From assembly GCA_951406725.2 (NCBI GenBank), contig OX597817.1, forward strand, positions 141,484,001 through 141,548,000: a stretch of 64,000 nt of DNA. The letters run 5' to 3'. The position numbers and the translations under genes are program-made. Within the stretch, counting starts at the first letter, position 1, and the number at the start of each line of letters is the position of its first letter. Under the pieces are notes generated by a model that was not told the DNA's origin, did no database searches, and worked only from the letters and a program-made list of their open reading frames with translations. This DNA comes from Octopus vulgaris. Taxonomy: Eukaryota. Of this stretch, positions 13,243-26,130 are shown piece by piece.

Positions 13243-14028
13243 TATGTATATATATATGCACATACACACATATGTATGCATGCACAAACAACTAAACATA
13301 CATGTGAGTATGGCTATATGAATATGCATGTATGATTGATTGCATTGTTTTGTATATATTAGTATTTTTATATCCATGAGATATATGGGTGCTTATACGG
13401 GTGTGCAGGTGTATAATACGCACAAAGTAACACCTCAAGTTCGAAATCCATCGTACTTGTTTATTTCTTTGAGTATTTTCACAGGAATGGATAAATGCAC
13501 TCATTTATACAGACATATGTACGCCCCTATGTGCGCATATACACACTTAGATTCACGAGTATAAATATGTGTCTATACACAAATGATCACATGCTACCAA
13601 AAAAAAAGAAGACGAAAAAGAAATTCTCGATAAACCTTCATTTTCAAATTCAAATTTTTATTCACTTCCACTATTAAGAAGGAGAAAGGATGATCTTCCT
13701 TGTAATAACTTCGACCGTTAAACCACATGTTATCGCACTTGCGTAGGACTAAGTAGTATGTCGCTAAGCAACATGTACATACATGACGTTCAAATGCAAA
13801 TAATGCATATGATTGCATACACTGGCAAGCTCAGACAAACATATACACGGTTTGAAGTGCTGCATGTTTCTCTACATACAGATATGAAAAAGAATTTTAT
13901 TTTAATATAGAAGCATTCAACGACGGTTCGCATTATTTACAGCTACTTGTGGGCATTCGAACATATCTGGAAAATTATTTACATTACTTACATTCGATGG
14001 ATATTTGTCCTCTTCTTGTTTGTTGTTA

Positions 14029-14072
14029 TCACAACGTTGCAGCTGATAAACTCTCCAGCCTTCATCAGGTGC
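14029..14072 (-). ncRNA. Hammerhead ribozyme, mutated copy (GAAA to GCAA)
   Basis: GCAC-CUGAUGA-A-GGCUG...CAGCU-GCAA-CG-UU-GUGA on the minus strand. Confidence 0.65.
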
Positions 14073-14209
14073 CTTGGGGAAATTTCGAACCTGGGTTCTC
14101 ATTCCTAACCACAACGCCGTGGGTTCTCATTCTTAACCACTACGCCATATGCCCATGGGCATATGGCGTAGTGGTTCAGATGCCGAGTTCGATTCTAGGC
14201 AGTGACCTG

Positions 14210-14260
<51 letters not shown>

Positions 14261-14306
14261 GAAAAATACCTTAGGAATGAGAACCTAGGTTCGAAATTTC
14301 CCCAAG

Positions 14307-14350
14307 ACACCTGATGAAGGCTGGAAGGTATATCAGCCGAAACGTTGTGT
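14307..14350 (+). ncRNA. Minimal type-I hammerhead ribozyme, intact
   Basis: ACAC-CUGAUGA-A-GGCUG-(10 nt)-CAGCC-GAAA-CG-UU-GUGU: perfect helix I and II, ACGU palindrome as helix III; predicted cleavage after GUU at 14346. Confidence 0.88.
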
Positions 14351-16543
14351 TAACAAGAAACAAGATGAGGACAAATATTTGTCATATGTAAATAACATAC
14401 ATATTTTCTCATCTCTTAAATATAGAACTGTATCTGGAAAAATCTATAGAAAATATATCTAGAAAAATCTAGACACACTATCACATAACCATTCCGAATA
14501 TAGAGCAACAGGTGATGTAGCATTCAGTTAGGGAACATAGGAGGAGAAAAATATTGGTTTCACAATTTGGCACAAGGCTAGCAATAACTAGAGAGTGGGT
14601 GAGTCGGTTATATCAACCTCAGTGCTCAACTGGTACTTATTTTATCGACCCATGAAAAGATAAAAGGAAAAGTAGACCTCAGCGGAATTCGAACTCATAA
14701 CGTGAAGGCGGACAAAATGACGCTAAGGGCTCTGCCAGCTGCCTGCCTTAGGTGGAGAAATATGGTGTTTTATTCTTTTATTGGTTTCAGCCAGAGGATG
14801 AGACCTTGCTGGGGCGCCGCCATTCACCGTAATTTGGGTTATTTTCTGTATCATTTCTGGTGAAGTAACGAATTGGACGGGTCTGCTCTTCTCTGTGTCT
14901 TCTGCTATAAGAAGAAGTGGTGGCTGAATAACATTGATAAATTAAGTAGGACCATACATTGCAAAATTGCTTTGTCTTGGCGCATACTTGTGGTCGGTCA
15001 GTTCCATAGTTACCGAGATTCGTCTGATGGATGAAAATTTATTTGACCAACACACGACATTCACCAGCGACAATTGAAAGCTAAAAGAACTATTAAACAG
15101 AAAGCTTGACAATTGCCAAGGAACCAGATTTTTTTTGTGGGGAGGGGGTAGTGTTGTCAGTGACAGGAGAGCATAAAATCTCCTCCTTACTAGCAGACCT
15201 ATTTTGTGACCCTGCAGTGTGTAGGCAAAGGAATAAGAGATGGAAAGTGAAACAGAAAGAGACGGAGAAGGAGAAAAAGAGGAGGAATTCCAATAGAGGC
15301 AGTATTGGACTAAAAGTTAAAGCAGAAATTAGTGTGTGTGTGTGTGTAATGATAGACATTCTTCACATTTCAATAAACATGTTTGTGTGTATGAGTCTAT
15401 GAACTGTTGTTTTGTAGATATATATTGAACTGTATCTATGTCTACAAGAATATCTATGTATGTCAAGATATTCATCTCTCTAGATAATTGGTGCTTTGAA
15501 AATCACTGAACAGAGGAATTATGGGCGAGATAGGGCGGGGCAGAGCGGATTGTGGAATGTAGTTTTATTTTTGTAATTTGTTATATTCTTTAATCAAATC
15601 TATTTTTCTTTTCATTTTCCGCCATGTTTCCGACTTGCGATGAACCCTGGATCAAATCAGTAATGAAATTTTCATAAATCATTTAGGTTTCACTTTATAT
15701 AATTCAGTAATTCGGAATATATTTGACATATTATAGTGAAATATTGGTTCACTAATGATATAAAAAAGATTTATCAAAGAAGGAGGTGAAAAGGGAGAGG
15801 AAGCGTAATTAGGACGATGAAAAAACGCTATTATAATTTTCTCATCATTTAAATGTTAAACCAAAAGTATCCAGCATAAACGTTATTGAATTAATAATGA
15901 ATTTCGCATTTCGTCCCTAATCACTCCGAAATTAAAATAGAAATCTTACTGAAGGCTGCTGGAATATTATGCAAAGAATCAACCATGGTAATATTTTGTC
16001 TGAATATAATATAGAATCATGTGATGCTGATTGATTTGATCTTTACACTGTTATACATGGTATTTATAAATATAATTTTAATTAATAAGGCATACGCTAA
16101 ATATATCCAACGCGGGAATTATTAATTGACATTTAAAACAGAGGCACCAAACACACTGTCCGCGGCAATGTTTAATTCTCTTTCTTTCCTTTTTTTTTAC
16201 TTGTTTCAGTCACCCGACTGCGGCCATGCAAAGGGACCGCCTTGAGAAAATTTTGTCGAATGAATTCACCCCAGTATTTTTTAAAGCCCGATACTTATTC
16301 TATCGATATCTTTTGCCGAACCACGAAGTTACAGCGACAGAAACATCACCGACACTGGCTGTCATGTGGTGGTAGGGATACATTGCTCAAGGTTAAACTA
16401 GAGGACACTTGCCCAAAGTTCGACTGTACCAGGAACTCCGTGTTTGCGAAGCAAAAATTGCACCTTCCAGGCACTCTTCCGCTTTTTGTGATCTGGCTAT
16501 ACATTTTTGTCTGTAGTAGTTTTGTTTTAATTTCATAACATTT

Positions 16544-16596
<53 letters not shown>

Positions 16597-16796
16597 TCAT
16601 ATACATACATGTATATATATATATATATATATGTTTTTTTCCAAGGAATCTAATGCTCTTAGCTTAGTTTTTCCTTGGGGCTGGCCAGATTGGAGCAATC
16701 TCAAGATTAATCAGCCGAAATTGCGAGGATGATCCGGTTTTTGACTGAAGATAAAAGGCTTCGAATGACCCGTGCATGTTTTTTTGTATCGTCTAT

Positions 16797-17209
16797 CTTT
16801 ACTCTTTTACTCTTTTACTTGTTTCAGTCATGTGACTGTGACCATGCTGGAACACCGCCTTTAGTCGAGCAAATCAACCTCAGGACTTATTCTTTGTAAG
16901 CTTAGTACTTATTCTATCGGTCTGTTTTGCCGAACCGCTAAGTTACAGGGACGTAAACACACCAGCATCGGTTGTCAAGCGATGTTGGGGGGACAAACAC
17001 AGACACACAAACATATACACACACATACATATATATACATATATACGACCGGCTTCTTTCAGTTTCCGTCTACCAAATTCACTCACAAGGCTTTGGTCGG
17101 CCCGAGGCTATAGTAGAAGACACTTGCCCAAGGTGCCACGCGGTGGGACTGAACCCGGAACCATGTGGGCGGTAAGCAAGCTACTTACCACACAGTCACT
17201 CCTACGCCT
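16797..17209 (-). mobile_element. SINE family B, full length, young
   Basis: Very similar to 52395-52912 and to the reverse complement of 59283-59685. Partial copies near 9195, 10290, 16195, 22480, 27555, 41350, 52000, 54420, 61335 and 62890. Confidence 0.92.
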
Positions 17210-18217
17210 GGATGTTTTGTTGTGACGTTTAGAACATTCGTCCGAATGTTCTAAATATATGAACGAATTTGAAAGCTTTTGAAAGTGAAACTGGGAAACA
17301 TTCCATTAAATATTAGTCTTCCAAAGTTCTGTACAAATTCATTGGACAATTTGAATTTTCATCGAGTTCTCCAGGATGGCCAGAAGAATAGTTTGCTGTG
17401 TTTTTGAACTGTTTCTTTTCTTCTTCCTTCCTTCCTGCATTTTTGTTTTTTGAACTCTTTCTACTTTTGTTCTTCTGTGAACTTTTTCCCCAAAAGACGT
17501 GGCAAAAAGGACTTTTTTTTAATTAATAGGACTGTATATATACATTGTGGATCAATTTTTCCTTTGTCATCTTTATTTTGTTACTGATTAATACAATTAT
17601 AAAATACATTGATTTTTTTTTTCTTCAGTTACTTTGACCTATGAAGAGGTCCAGTCTGCAATATCTAGATTATGCTTCACTCTAGCCAGGAAAACCAATC
17701 ACGTTTGAAATTTTGATTTCAAATTTGGCTTCTTGGAAGACAACCATTGTTAGGCAAGTTCTAAGTAACTACTCGCGGATATTTTGGCTGCACTGAATAT
17801 ACATCAAGATAAATGAGTTGTCATAATCATAATGGGAAACTTAACGAAGCTGACGTTAGTATTGCAATTATGGGATTAAACCTAAATTATTCGATATTTC
17901 TAGATAGAGAGAAGATACTGAAAATTGAGTATTGGAGGAGAGTATTAACTGATTCCTTCAGCCAAAGTACTGGATAGACACATTATTTCGTTATTTTCGA
18001 TAGAACAGAAACAAATTTAACGTCGACGAAATTTGAACTCAGAATGCAAAGAGTCCTACATAGCTGTCGCAAAGAATTTTTCCAATGTTTTAACGATCCT
18101 GCCAATTAGGCACTCTGAATAAATGTTTCCGATAAAAAAATTAAAAAATCTGATATTTTGTTGGGAGGATTTAATCAATTAACTCTCAGTACGAAAATGA
18201 TACAATATTTTATCGAC

Positions 18218-18785
18218 ATAGGCGGCGAACTGGCAGAATCGTTAACACGCCGGGCGAAATGCGTAGCCGTATTTCGTCTGCCGTTACTGAGTCTAAGTTC
18301 CGCCGAGGTCGACTTTGCCTTTCATCCTTTCGGGGTCGATAAATTAAGTACCAGTTACGCACTGAAGTCGATATAATCGACTTAATCCGTTTGTCTGTCC
18401 TTGTTTGTCCTCTCTGTGTTTAGCCCCTTGTGGGTAGTAAAGAAATAGGTATTTCGTCTGCCGCTACGTTCTGAGTTCAAATTCTGCCGAGGTCGACTTT
18501 GCCTTTCATAATTTTGGAGTCGATTAAATAAGTACCAGTTACGGACTGTGGTCGATATAATCGAATTAATCCGTTTGTCTGTCTTTGTTTGTCCCCTCTG
18601 TGTTTAGCCTCTTGTGGGCAGTAAAGAAATAGGTATTTCGTCTGTCAAATTCCGCCGAGGTCCACTTTGCTTTTCATTCTCTCGGTGTCGATAAATTAAA
18701 TACCAGTTACGTACTGGGGTCGACCTGATCGACTGGTCCCTCTCCGCAAAACTTTCGGACATTGTGCCTAGTGTAGAAAATAATA
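18218..18785 (+). mobile_element. Tandem multimer of SINE family A
   Basis: One head followed by three body units joined by GTAAAGAAATAGGTATTTCGTCTG (near 18440 and 18625). Confidence 0.85.
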
Positions 18786-19756
18786 TTTTACCGACCTCGG
18801 AATGATGGAAGGCAAAGTTGGTGTCGACTCAATTTGAACTGAGAACGTAAAGAACGCGAAAAAATGCTCCCAAACACTTTCCTGTACGAAAAGATTCGGT
18901 AAATTTATAGAATTTATAGGAGGCAGCGGTGAACAGGGAGAATTGGTAGCACACCTGCCAAAATGCTTAGCGGCATTTCGTCCGTCTTTACGCTCTCAGT
19001 TCAAATTTCACTCAGGTAGAGTTTTGCCCTTCAAATTTTGGGATCGATAAAATAAATACCATTTGAGCACTGGAGTCGATATAATCGACTTACCCCTCCT
19101 CCGATCTTGCTGGCCTTGTACCAAAATTCGAAACCAATTATCAAACTCGTTCTTCAAATTTAGCCTCAAGGCCAGCAATCTAGGGGGTAGTGGCGTTAGT
19201 TGATTACTGGACTATCACATTATTTCGTCAACAGTAGAAAGATGGAAATTAGATATATCACAGACCCTAAAGAACCGGATAAAATACTTCATGACATTGA
19301 CAACCTGCTGCCTTAGTAATTGCTTCTAATTTCAATTCAAGACCAATAATATCAATGAAAAATATCTGATTGATTATGTCGGTTACAATATTTGAGTATT
19401 TTCCTTATTTTATGGAGCCCAAAAGCATGATGGGTAAAGTTTATCCTAGTGGGATGCGAACTCACAATATAAACCTAACTAATACTCCAACGATTCAGCC
19501 GAACCTCCAACTTAATAACTCTATCTAGATTTTCTCCAAGGTCAGCAACTTTGAGAGGAGCGGCTAAGTTGATTCAATTGTCCCCAGTACCTCACTAGCC
19601 CTTAATTTATCAACCCTGGAAAGATCAAAAGTGAAGTGGATCTCTGCAGCAATTGAACCCAAAACGAAAAGAGGCGAAAGAAATGTCAAAAGTTCGACAC
19701 GTTAACGATTGTGTCAGCTTATAATGATACTACTACTACTACTACTACTGCTGCTG

Positions 19757-19804
<48 letters not shown>

Positions 19805-22626
19805 ATAATAATAATAATAATAATGATAATAATAATAAGTCTTTCTACAAAAGGCTCAAAGCCTCAAATTTGAGGAAATGGATAGTCAATTACATCGGTA
19901 CCAGTACTCAACTGTTACTTATTTAATCGACCCCGAATCGATAAAAGGCAAAGTCGACCTGCGCGGAATTTGAACTCGGAAAGTAAAGACGGGCGAAATG
20001 CAGGTAAGCATTTCGCCAATAATGATAATAATAATAATAATAATAATAATTGATCCATCACGTCGGTTTCATTCTAGGATTGTAAATACAAAGGAAAGAG
20101 TGTTTTAAGCACTTGAAAGAATATTCAAAACCTGTGGCTACCTAAGTTTACAAGTAGTAGCACATTACCCACATGAATTCTACCACGAAGAAGAACGAAC
20201 CTGAGTCAAATAATCAATAATAATAATAATAACAACAACAACAACTATGTCTACTAAGACGACGATGACAACAACAATAATATATAACTTAGATAAATAC
20301 ACAAAAATATTGCGAGATCAATGGAATTAATGTGTAAGGAAAGAGAAGGCGGAAAAAAGCAACCGCAAAAAATAAATAAAGGCTGGGAAGAAATAATGAG
20401 TGACAATAAATAAAGAGAAAAGAGAATATTGGCGAGGAGCAGAGAAACAAAGGGAAAGTAATAAGAAATGAAAATTTAGAAAGAATGATGGCGAAACCTG
20501 ACCATGATAAAGTAGTTGAAGCGAAATGAAATGATAAATTACATTGCTTTAAGTAATGCTTTATGTAGATGTTCGTTCTTTCAAAATGACTGCCATAAAT
20601 AATAAATTTCGAAACGTCAGAATTTATCGAAAATATAATTAACCTTTAATCAAAAATAGAAATATATTTCCAATGGTTTTCCTTTTTTTAAATTTTTATT
20701 TATTATTATTATTATTTTTTTTTGGCAGCGGGGTTTGCCTTGTTGATGTGTATTGTTCTTTCTACGAAAATACACAGATGGCAATGGTTTCTTTGAATTA
20801 CAGTACAACTGAAGACGTCGGTTGATTTATGTAAGCTATTTTGTTGTAAACCAATTAACTTCTAATCTAAAAACAGCGCTTCTTATCCTGCACTATGAAC
20901 TGAAGTTTCAGAAAACAGATACCGTCGTCTCAGCTTGTTTTACTGCAATATTAGTCTTTACATTCAACAGCAAATAAATTAGCTGCGAAGATGACTCCAG
21001 TCATTTAATCAATGTATTGTGAAGTCGGAAGTTAAGGCAGCATGCTAGTAGAATCACTAGAGCCTCGGAAAATAGAAACACTTAGAAGTATTTGTTTCGA
21101 CTCATTACATTACATTCCGAGTTCAAATTCCTCTGGAATGTGTAAATTAAAGTACCAGCGACGTACTGAGGCATAGGGTATCAACTTACCCCCTTCTTTC
21201 GAAATTGTGAGACCTGAGCCCAAATTTAAAATCGTTCAAATAGCAAGCTGTTTGAATCTTTAGAGCGTCGGAAAAATCACCTTGCAGTATGTGCTCTAGA
21301 CGTTTGCGTTCGGCGTTTAAACCACACCGCACTGAACATTTTCCCTTATGGTCCTTTTGGAGTTGATAAATAATGTATCTACCAGCAGTAGAGTCGAGGC
21401 AATCAACTTGAACTTTCTCCTCAGAATTGCTAGCTAAAAACATTACTAAAATTTTAAGGCAAATTTTAACATTTACCATCTTCGCAATCTTGAGGCGGTG
21501 CCCCAGATTAACCGCCGTTCAATGATTGAAATGTAAAAGATATTAGATTATAATTGGTTCAATTCATTTCAGTAACCTACAAGGAGGCTCGACTTTTAAA
21601 GTCCAGGAAATTAATTTGAATTTAAGTTGTGAAAATATAAGATTCTTTAGTTACTAGAACCAAGACGGAAAGATGGCAGAATCGTTAGTGCGTCGGACAA
21701 AATTCTTAGTGGCATTTCTATTGGCTGCGTCCAAATTCCATCGAATTCGATTTTACCTTTTGATCTCATCGGGTCAATAAACTAGGTTCAATGTAATCGA
21801 TTACACTCTCTCGTCGAATAGTTGTTCTGTCAAAATTTGAAACAACTATTAACTAAAATGATTGGATTGAAAGTAATTACCTTTCGATGGAAATGGCTTA
21901 CGAAAAAGTCAATTGTTAACCTATTGTTCTAAGATAAGACCCATCTGTAGACAAATAAACCGTATAAAGTAATTATTCTTGAGATATTCTGTTCATTGTG
22001 TTGCTTTTCCTTACTCATAACACATCTTAAGAAACATTCTTTTCTACTCAAGGCACAAGGCCCGAAATTTTAGGGGAGGGAGCCAGTCGATTACATCGAC
22101 CCCATTACGCAACTGGTACTTAATTTATCGACCATGAGAGGATGAAAAGTAGAATGGAATACTAGCACACACCATAAGCTATGAGAGAATAAGATCCCCA
22201 TAAACTAATAATAATATAAATTAGTACAATAGACAGACAACTAAATGGAATTAAATAAATACATAAACAAAATATAATAAATTAAATTAAATTAAATTAA
22301 TACAAATAAAAGAAAAAATGAAAGAGTAAGTAGATAAAAACAAAGGAATAGAATAAATGAAACGAAATTAAACGTACGTGAATATACATGGGATACCGAT
22401 AATGCAGGTACCATACGCATTTCCCCCACGCACACACTAAACAAAGACACACAAAGGGATATACGCATGCGCACATAAAGACACATACAAGACGGTCTTC
22501 TATGGTTTCTGTCTACCGAATCCACTCACAAACTTTGGTTCAGTGAGACTGAACCCGGGACCATGTGGTTGAAAAGCAAGCTCCTTACTACATACTCACA
22601 GACGAGTCTGGGGTGATTACTTATGC

Positions 22627-22705
<79 letters not shown>

Positions 22706-22952
22706 TACTCATATATATATATATATATTGTTGTATTTGGGGATGGTCATGTTGCCAGTTTAGCCAATGAAGACACACGCACTATATATTTGGTGTTCAC
22801 TTGCTTCAGCTTATTTGATATTAATTGTATATCGGATACAGTTCTTTCGTCACACTTCCGGAACCTCGTCAGTGGTCCTTTGGTTTTTTTCTTTTCTTTT
22901 GTCTCTCCTTCCTAACGATCTACCATTTCATATTCCTGTTGTACATATATAA

Positions 22953-25017
22953 ATGAGTAATACAATATGGTTTATTTCCCTTCTAACAGACAGGAGCTTT
23001 CGTTTTTGCAATTGCATTTCTTAATGGGCTCGGCACCATGTCTAATCTCAATTAGCTTCCTATTATGTTGGCTAATGTAAGAGGCGAAATTTCTGCAACA
23101 AGAATAGCTAACCTTCAGGGTTCTTCTATTAAATATCCTATAGAATTTATGACCCTGCTTAAAATGCTTAGAGACTAATCTCAAAAATTCCTTACCTATA
23201 TTAGTCTTTACGGCCAAATTGAAAGCCGGGTTGAACCACAAAACTTTCCTGGTCCTAGTTCTTCGTGCAGCATTATTATCAGCATTAAGCTGGTTGAACT
23301 GGATCTTCTCAGAGAATCCACTATTCTTTAATGCGCTATCGTAATAAGGTGCAGCATTATGGAATGCTGCCTCGTCCGAAGAAATTGAAGATATTCTTCT
23401 ACCTACATTGCTGACTAAGTTCCTAAGGATAACTAGTGGATGGTTCGAATCTTTGCTAACATACGATAGCTTTTCATTGGGCTTACGGAAAGGTTTAAAT
23501 CTATCCGATCTTACATTAAAATTTACGTCTAAAAAATCTACACTATTCAGGTTAGCATCTATCGTAACCCGTAAGCCCATCCTTTGAAAGAAAGCTATGA
23601 GGTCCTTCCTAAGTCTATCTGATTCATGGCCGTTTAGATTATGCGTGGCTATAAGACCGTCATCCCTATATAAACCTGCATCTATAAAAGGGAATTCTAT
23701 TTTTAGATTATGGAGAATAAAGGCTCCTATGAGCATACATAACTCAGCCCCGTCGTATGCCCCCATCGGTACATCGAAAAGAGAATCCTCAGTCTTCTTA
23801 ATCCAGGTGGAATCCTCGAAAAAAAGAAGCGATTTCCTCGCATGCATAATAATATCAATTTCCGAGCTATCGATGTTGACATACTGCTTGGCGAAGTCCA
23901 ATGCCCTTAGGAGCAACGTCCTAGATATTGACGGGTAAAAGCCAATAATGTCGAATTGTGTGAAACTACAATTATTCTTATGGCTAATACCTTTAAACCA
24001 CTCTATGACTGACTTACTATTCTTCCAAATTCTCAAGTCTACTTCACTATCTAACTTAACTAAAATACGGTCCAAAATATTTTTGCTAATAATTCCTATC
24101 TCAGTTTTAGCCGGATTTATCAATCTACATTTGGGGTTTCTACTAAAATTGGCTTTATGGTCTTTCAGAGTAATAAAAGCTGGTCGTGGTGAAAGATATT
24201 CAATCCTATCGCTAATCTTAAGATCGTTAGCTATTCGAAATCAGGCGCTTATAAACGTCCTTATCAAGTGCATATAAGTTCCTTGTCTTATCAGAATTAA
24301 CGAAGATCTTATTCGAGTCGTTAATCTCCTTAATTTTTTCTCTCATGTTTCTCTGTAATTGGTTGGTATATTTGCGGAATTTAATTTTCCTAATAAGCTC
24401 GAAAAGGTCTTTCTCGAAGGCTTCTAATTCCGGAATGGGTGGCGGGTTTCTGGGAGATTTAAATCCATATTTGTTTCCTTCTATTTTCTGTTTATTATCA
24501 AAGAAGAAGGCTTTTCATCTCAATCTTCGAATAAACTCTTCCGTTTTCTCTATAAGACCTTTGAGATATTGTTTCCGTGCAGGGATAGGTATATTTTTCT
24601 GAGAAATGTCTAGGGAAAGGAGTAGTTTATAGAGCCAAGGTGCAAGTGGAAGGTTCATCAGAATACAAGACATACACAGGGGCTTCAGAAAATTCATTTA
24701 AAGCAAGATTTTATTCTCATAAAAATTCATTTAAATACCCAGAGATTAGGAAGAGGACCAGCCTAGCAAAATATGTCTGGGAACTAAAAGAAAAGGAAGC
24801 CCCACCTTTCAACGTGACATGGAGCATTCTGGACAGGGCGGCACCATACAGGCATGGAGCATACAAAAATAATTTCAAGTGCAAACTTTGTCAATAAGAA
24901 AAAATGTACATCTTATTCAAAGACAAAAATTCTTTGAATCAAAGAAGTGAGCTAATGAACTTATGTAGGCACGCGGCTAAATTTAAAATGTCGAATATAA
25001 ATATACCATATGGATAG
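22953..25017. pseudogene. PLE polyprotein ORF disrupted by the 22979-24602 inversion, two nonsense codons and one frameshifting deletion
   Basis: Re-inversion gives MSNTIWFI|SQKNIPIPARKQYLKGLIEKTEEFIRRLR*KAFFF...LINPAKTEIG...SCLLEGK|CLGKGVVYRAKVQ...CKLCQ*EK...YG*. TGA at 24515-24517 (-), frameshift near 24235, TAA at 24895-24897. Confidence 0.9.
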
Positions 25018-26092
25018 AGTATATATTTTGTATTTTTGATTTTTGAAATTTTGATTTTGACTCTTGAACGATGAGCGCTACGATGGATTTTGTTTCCAAG
25101 CTATGCGGATCTTAATCCGTATAGCAAAGTCTTATGTTTCTACATATACATCAGGAAAAACCTTCAACTTTGTTTTCATGTTATTGTATTGTATAGGATT
25201 ACCTTGATTATTTATAAATGATCCAAAATAGGGTGTTATATTTTATTTTATATGTCTTTCGTATATATTTTTATTAATGCACCCATTCTTTTAAAAAAAA
25301 GCAATGTTTTCTTTTAAAAAAAGCAATGTTGTCAAAATTAGAATGTTGATGTAAGTATGTGTATAGCCGAGGATATGTATTTGTAAGCATGCGTATCTGT
25401 GTATGTGTAAGTGAGAGTATGTTTGTGCTTAAGCACACATATACACGACTGTATGTGTATGTATCCATTCGAACTTGTGTTTATACTTGTCTCCATATAT
25501 GCCAATAATGCCGTTACACAGCTTGTATACATAATTTTTTCTTATTTCGTTCTTTCCCCCACCCTCCTTCGTTCCTTTTTCTCTCTCTTCCTTTCTTTCG
25601 TTCCCCCCTCCTTACTCAGTATATGAGAATCGCTACATAGATCATTTTAAACTTGCGTGCGAGATAGTTTGCGTGAATATATGTACACATGCATTTATGT
25701 GTATATTTAGATTTATATTCATACGTCTGTATATGTATGGCGTTTGCGCGCATCCTTTTGTGTATGTTGATATATATATGCACATTTTAATAAAAATATG
25801 TATTGCAGTGTAATATTTATAACAGGTTTAATTTCTATGAATTAATTTATACTTTCTTCATTAACGTCAATATGTATTTTATTCAATGTAAGGTTTTTTC
25901 CCTCGGATTTTATAATTTTTTAATAAGATTTTTTATATATATATACATATATTTTTTTACCTTTTTGTTTATCGCTCGAAGATTGACCGTTTTTTTCTGA
26001 AGGGCCAATCAAAGAAGTCCATTTCTTTTTAAAGGTGTATCGTTTGTAAGAGTCTAGATTGAATTGATATATCGGTTCCATTCTAGCAAAAA

Positions 26093-26130
26093 CTGTCTGA
26101 TGAACGGCAACGAGAAACTCAGAGTAACAG
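26093..26130 (+). ncRNA. Minimal type-I hammerhead ribozyme downstream of the PLE ORF
   Basis: CUGU-CUGAUGA-aCGgcaaCGa-GAAA-CUC-a-GAG-UA-ACAG; helix I extends as AGCAAAA/UUUUGUU; predicted cleavage after GUA at 26126. Confidence 0.85.

Larger units (their letters stand above)
13975..14430. mobile_element. Head-to-head palindromic insertion of the tRNA-hammerhead SINE with 11-bp TSD
   Basis: Symmetry axis GCCCATGGGC at 14151-14160; TATCTGGAAAA at 13964-13974 and 14431-14441. Confidence 0.85.

Noticed and set aside
15093-15240. Possible minus-strand terminal exon (GSQNRSASKEEIL...) after a pyrimidine tract
   Set aside because: No recognisable protein similarity or partner exon; untestable without RNA-seq.
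17610-17720. Strong acceptor-like T tract plus CAG and a short open frame
   Set aside because: Only ~26 codons and no supporting homology.
24515-24517. In-frame TGA in the PLE as a selenocysteine codon (some Naiad PLEs are reported selenoproteins)
   Set aside because: It sits at the Trp position of the R-W-K-A-F-F motif rather than a Cys position, so TGG to TGA decay is simpler; the copy has other disabling lesions.
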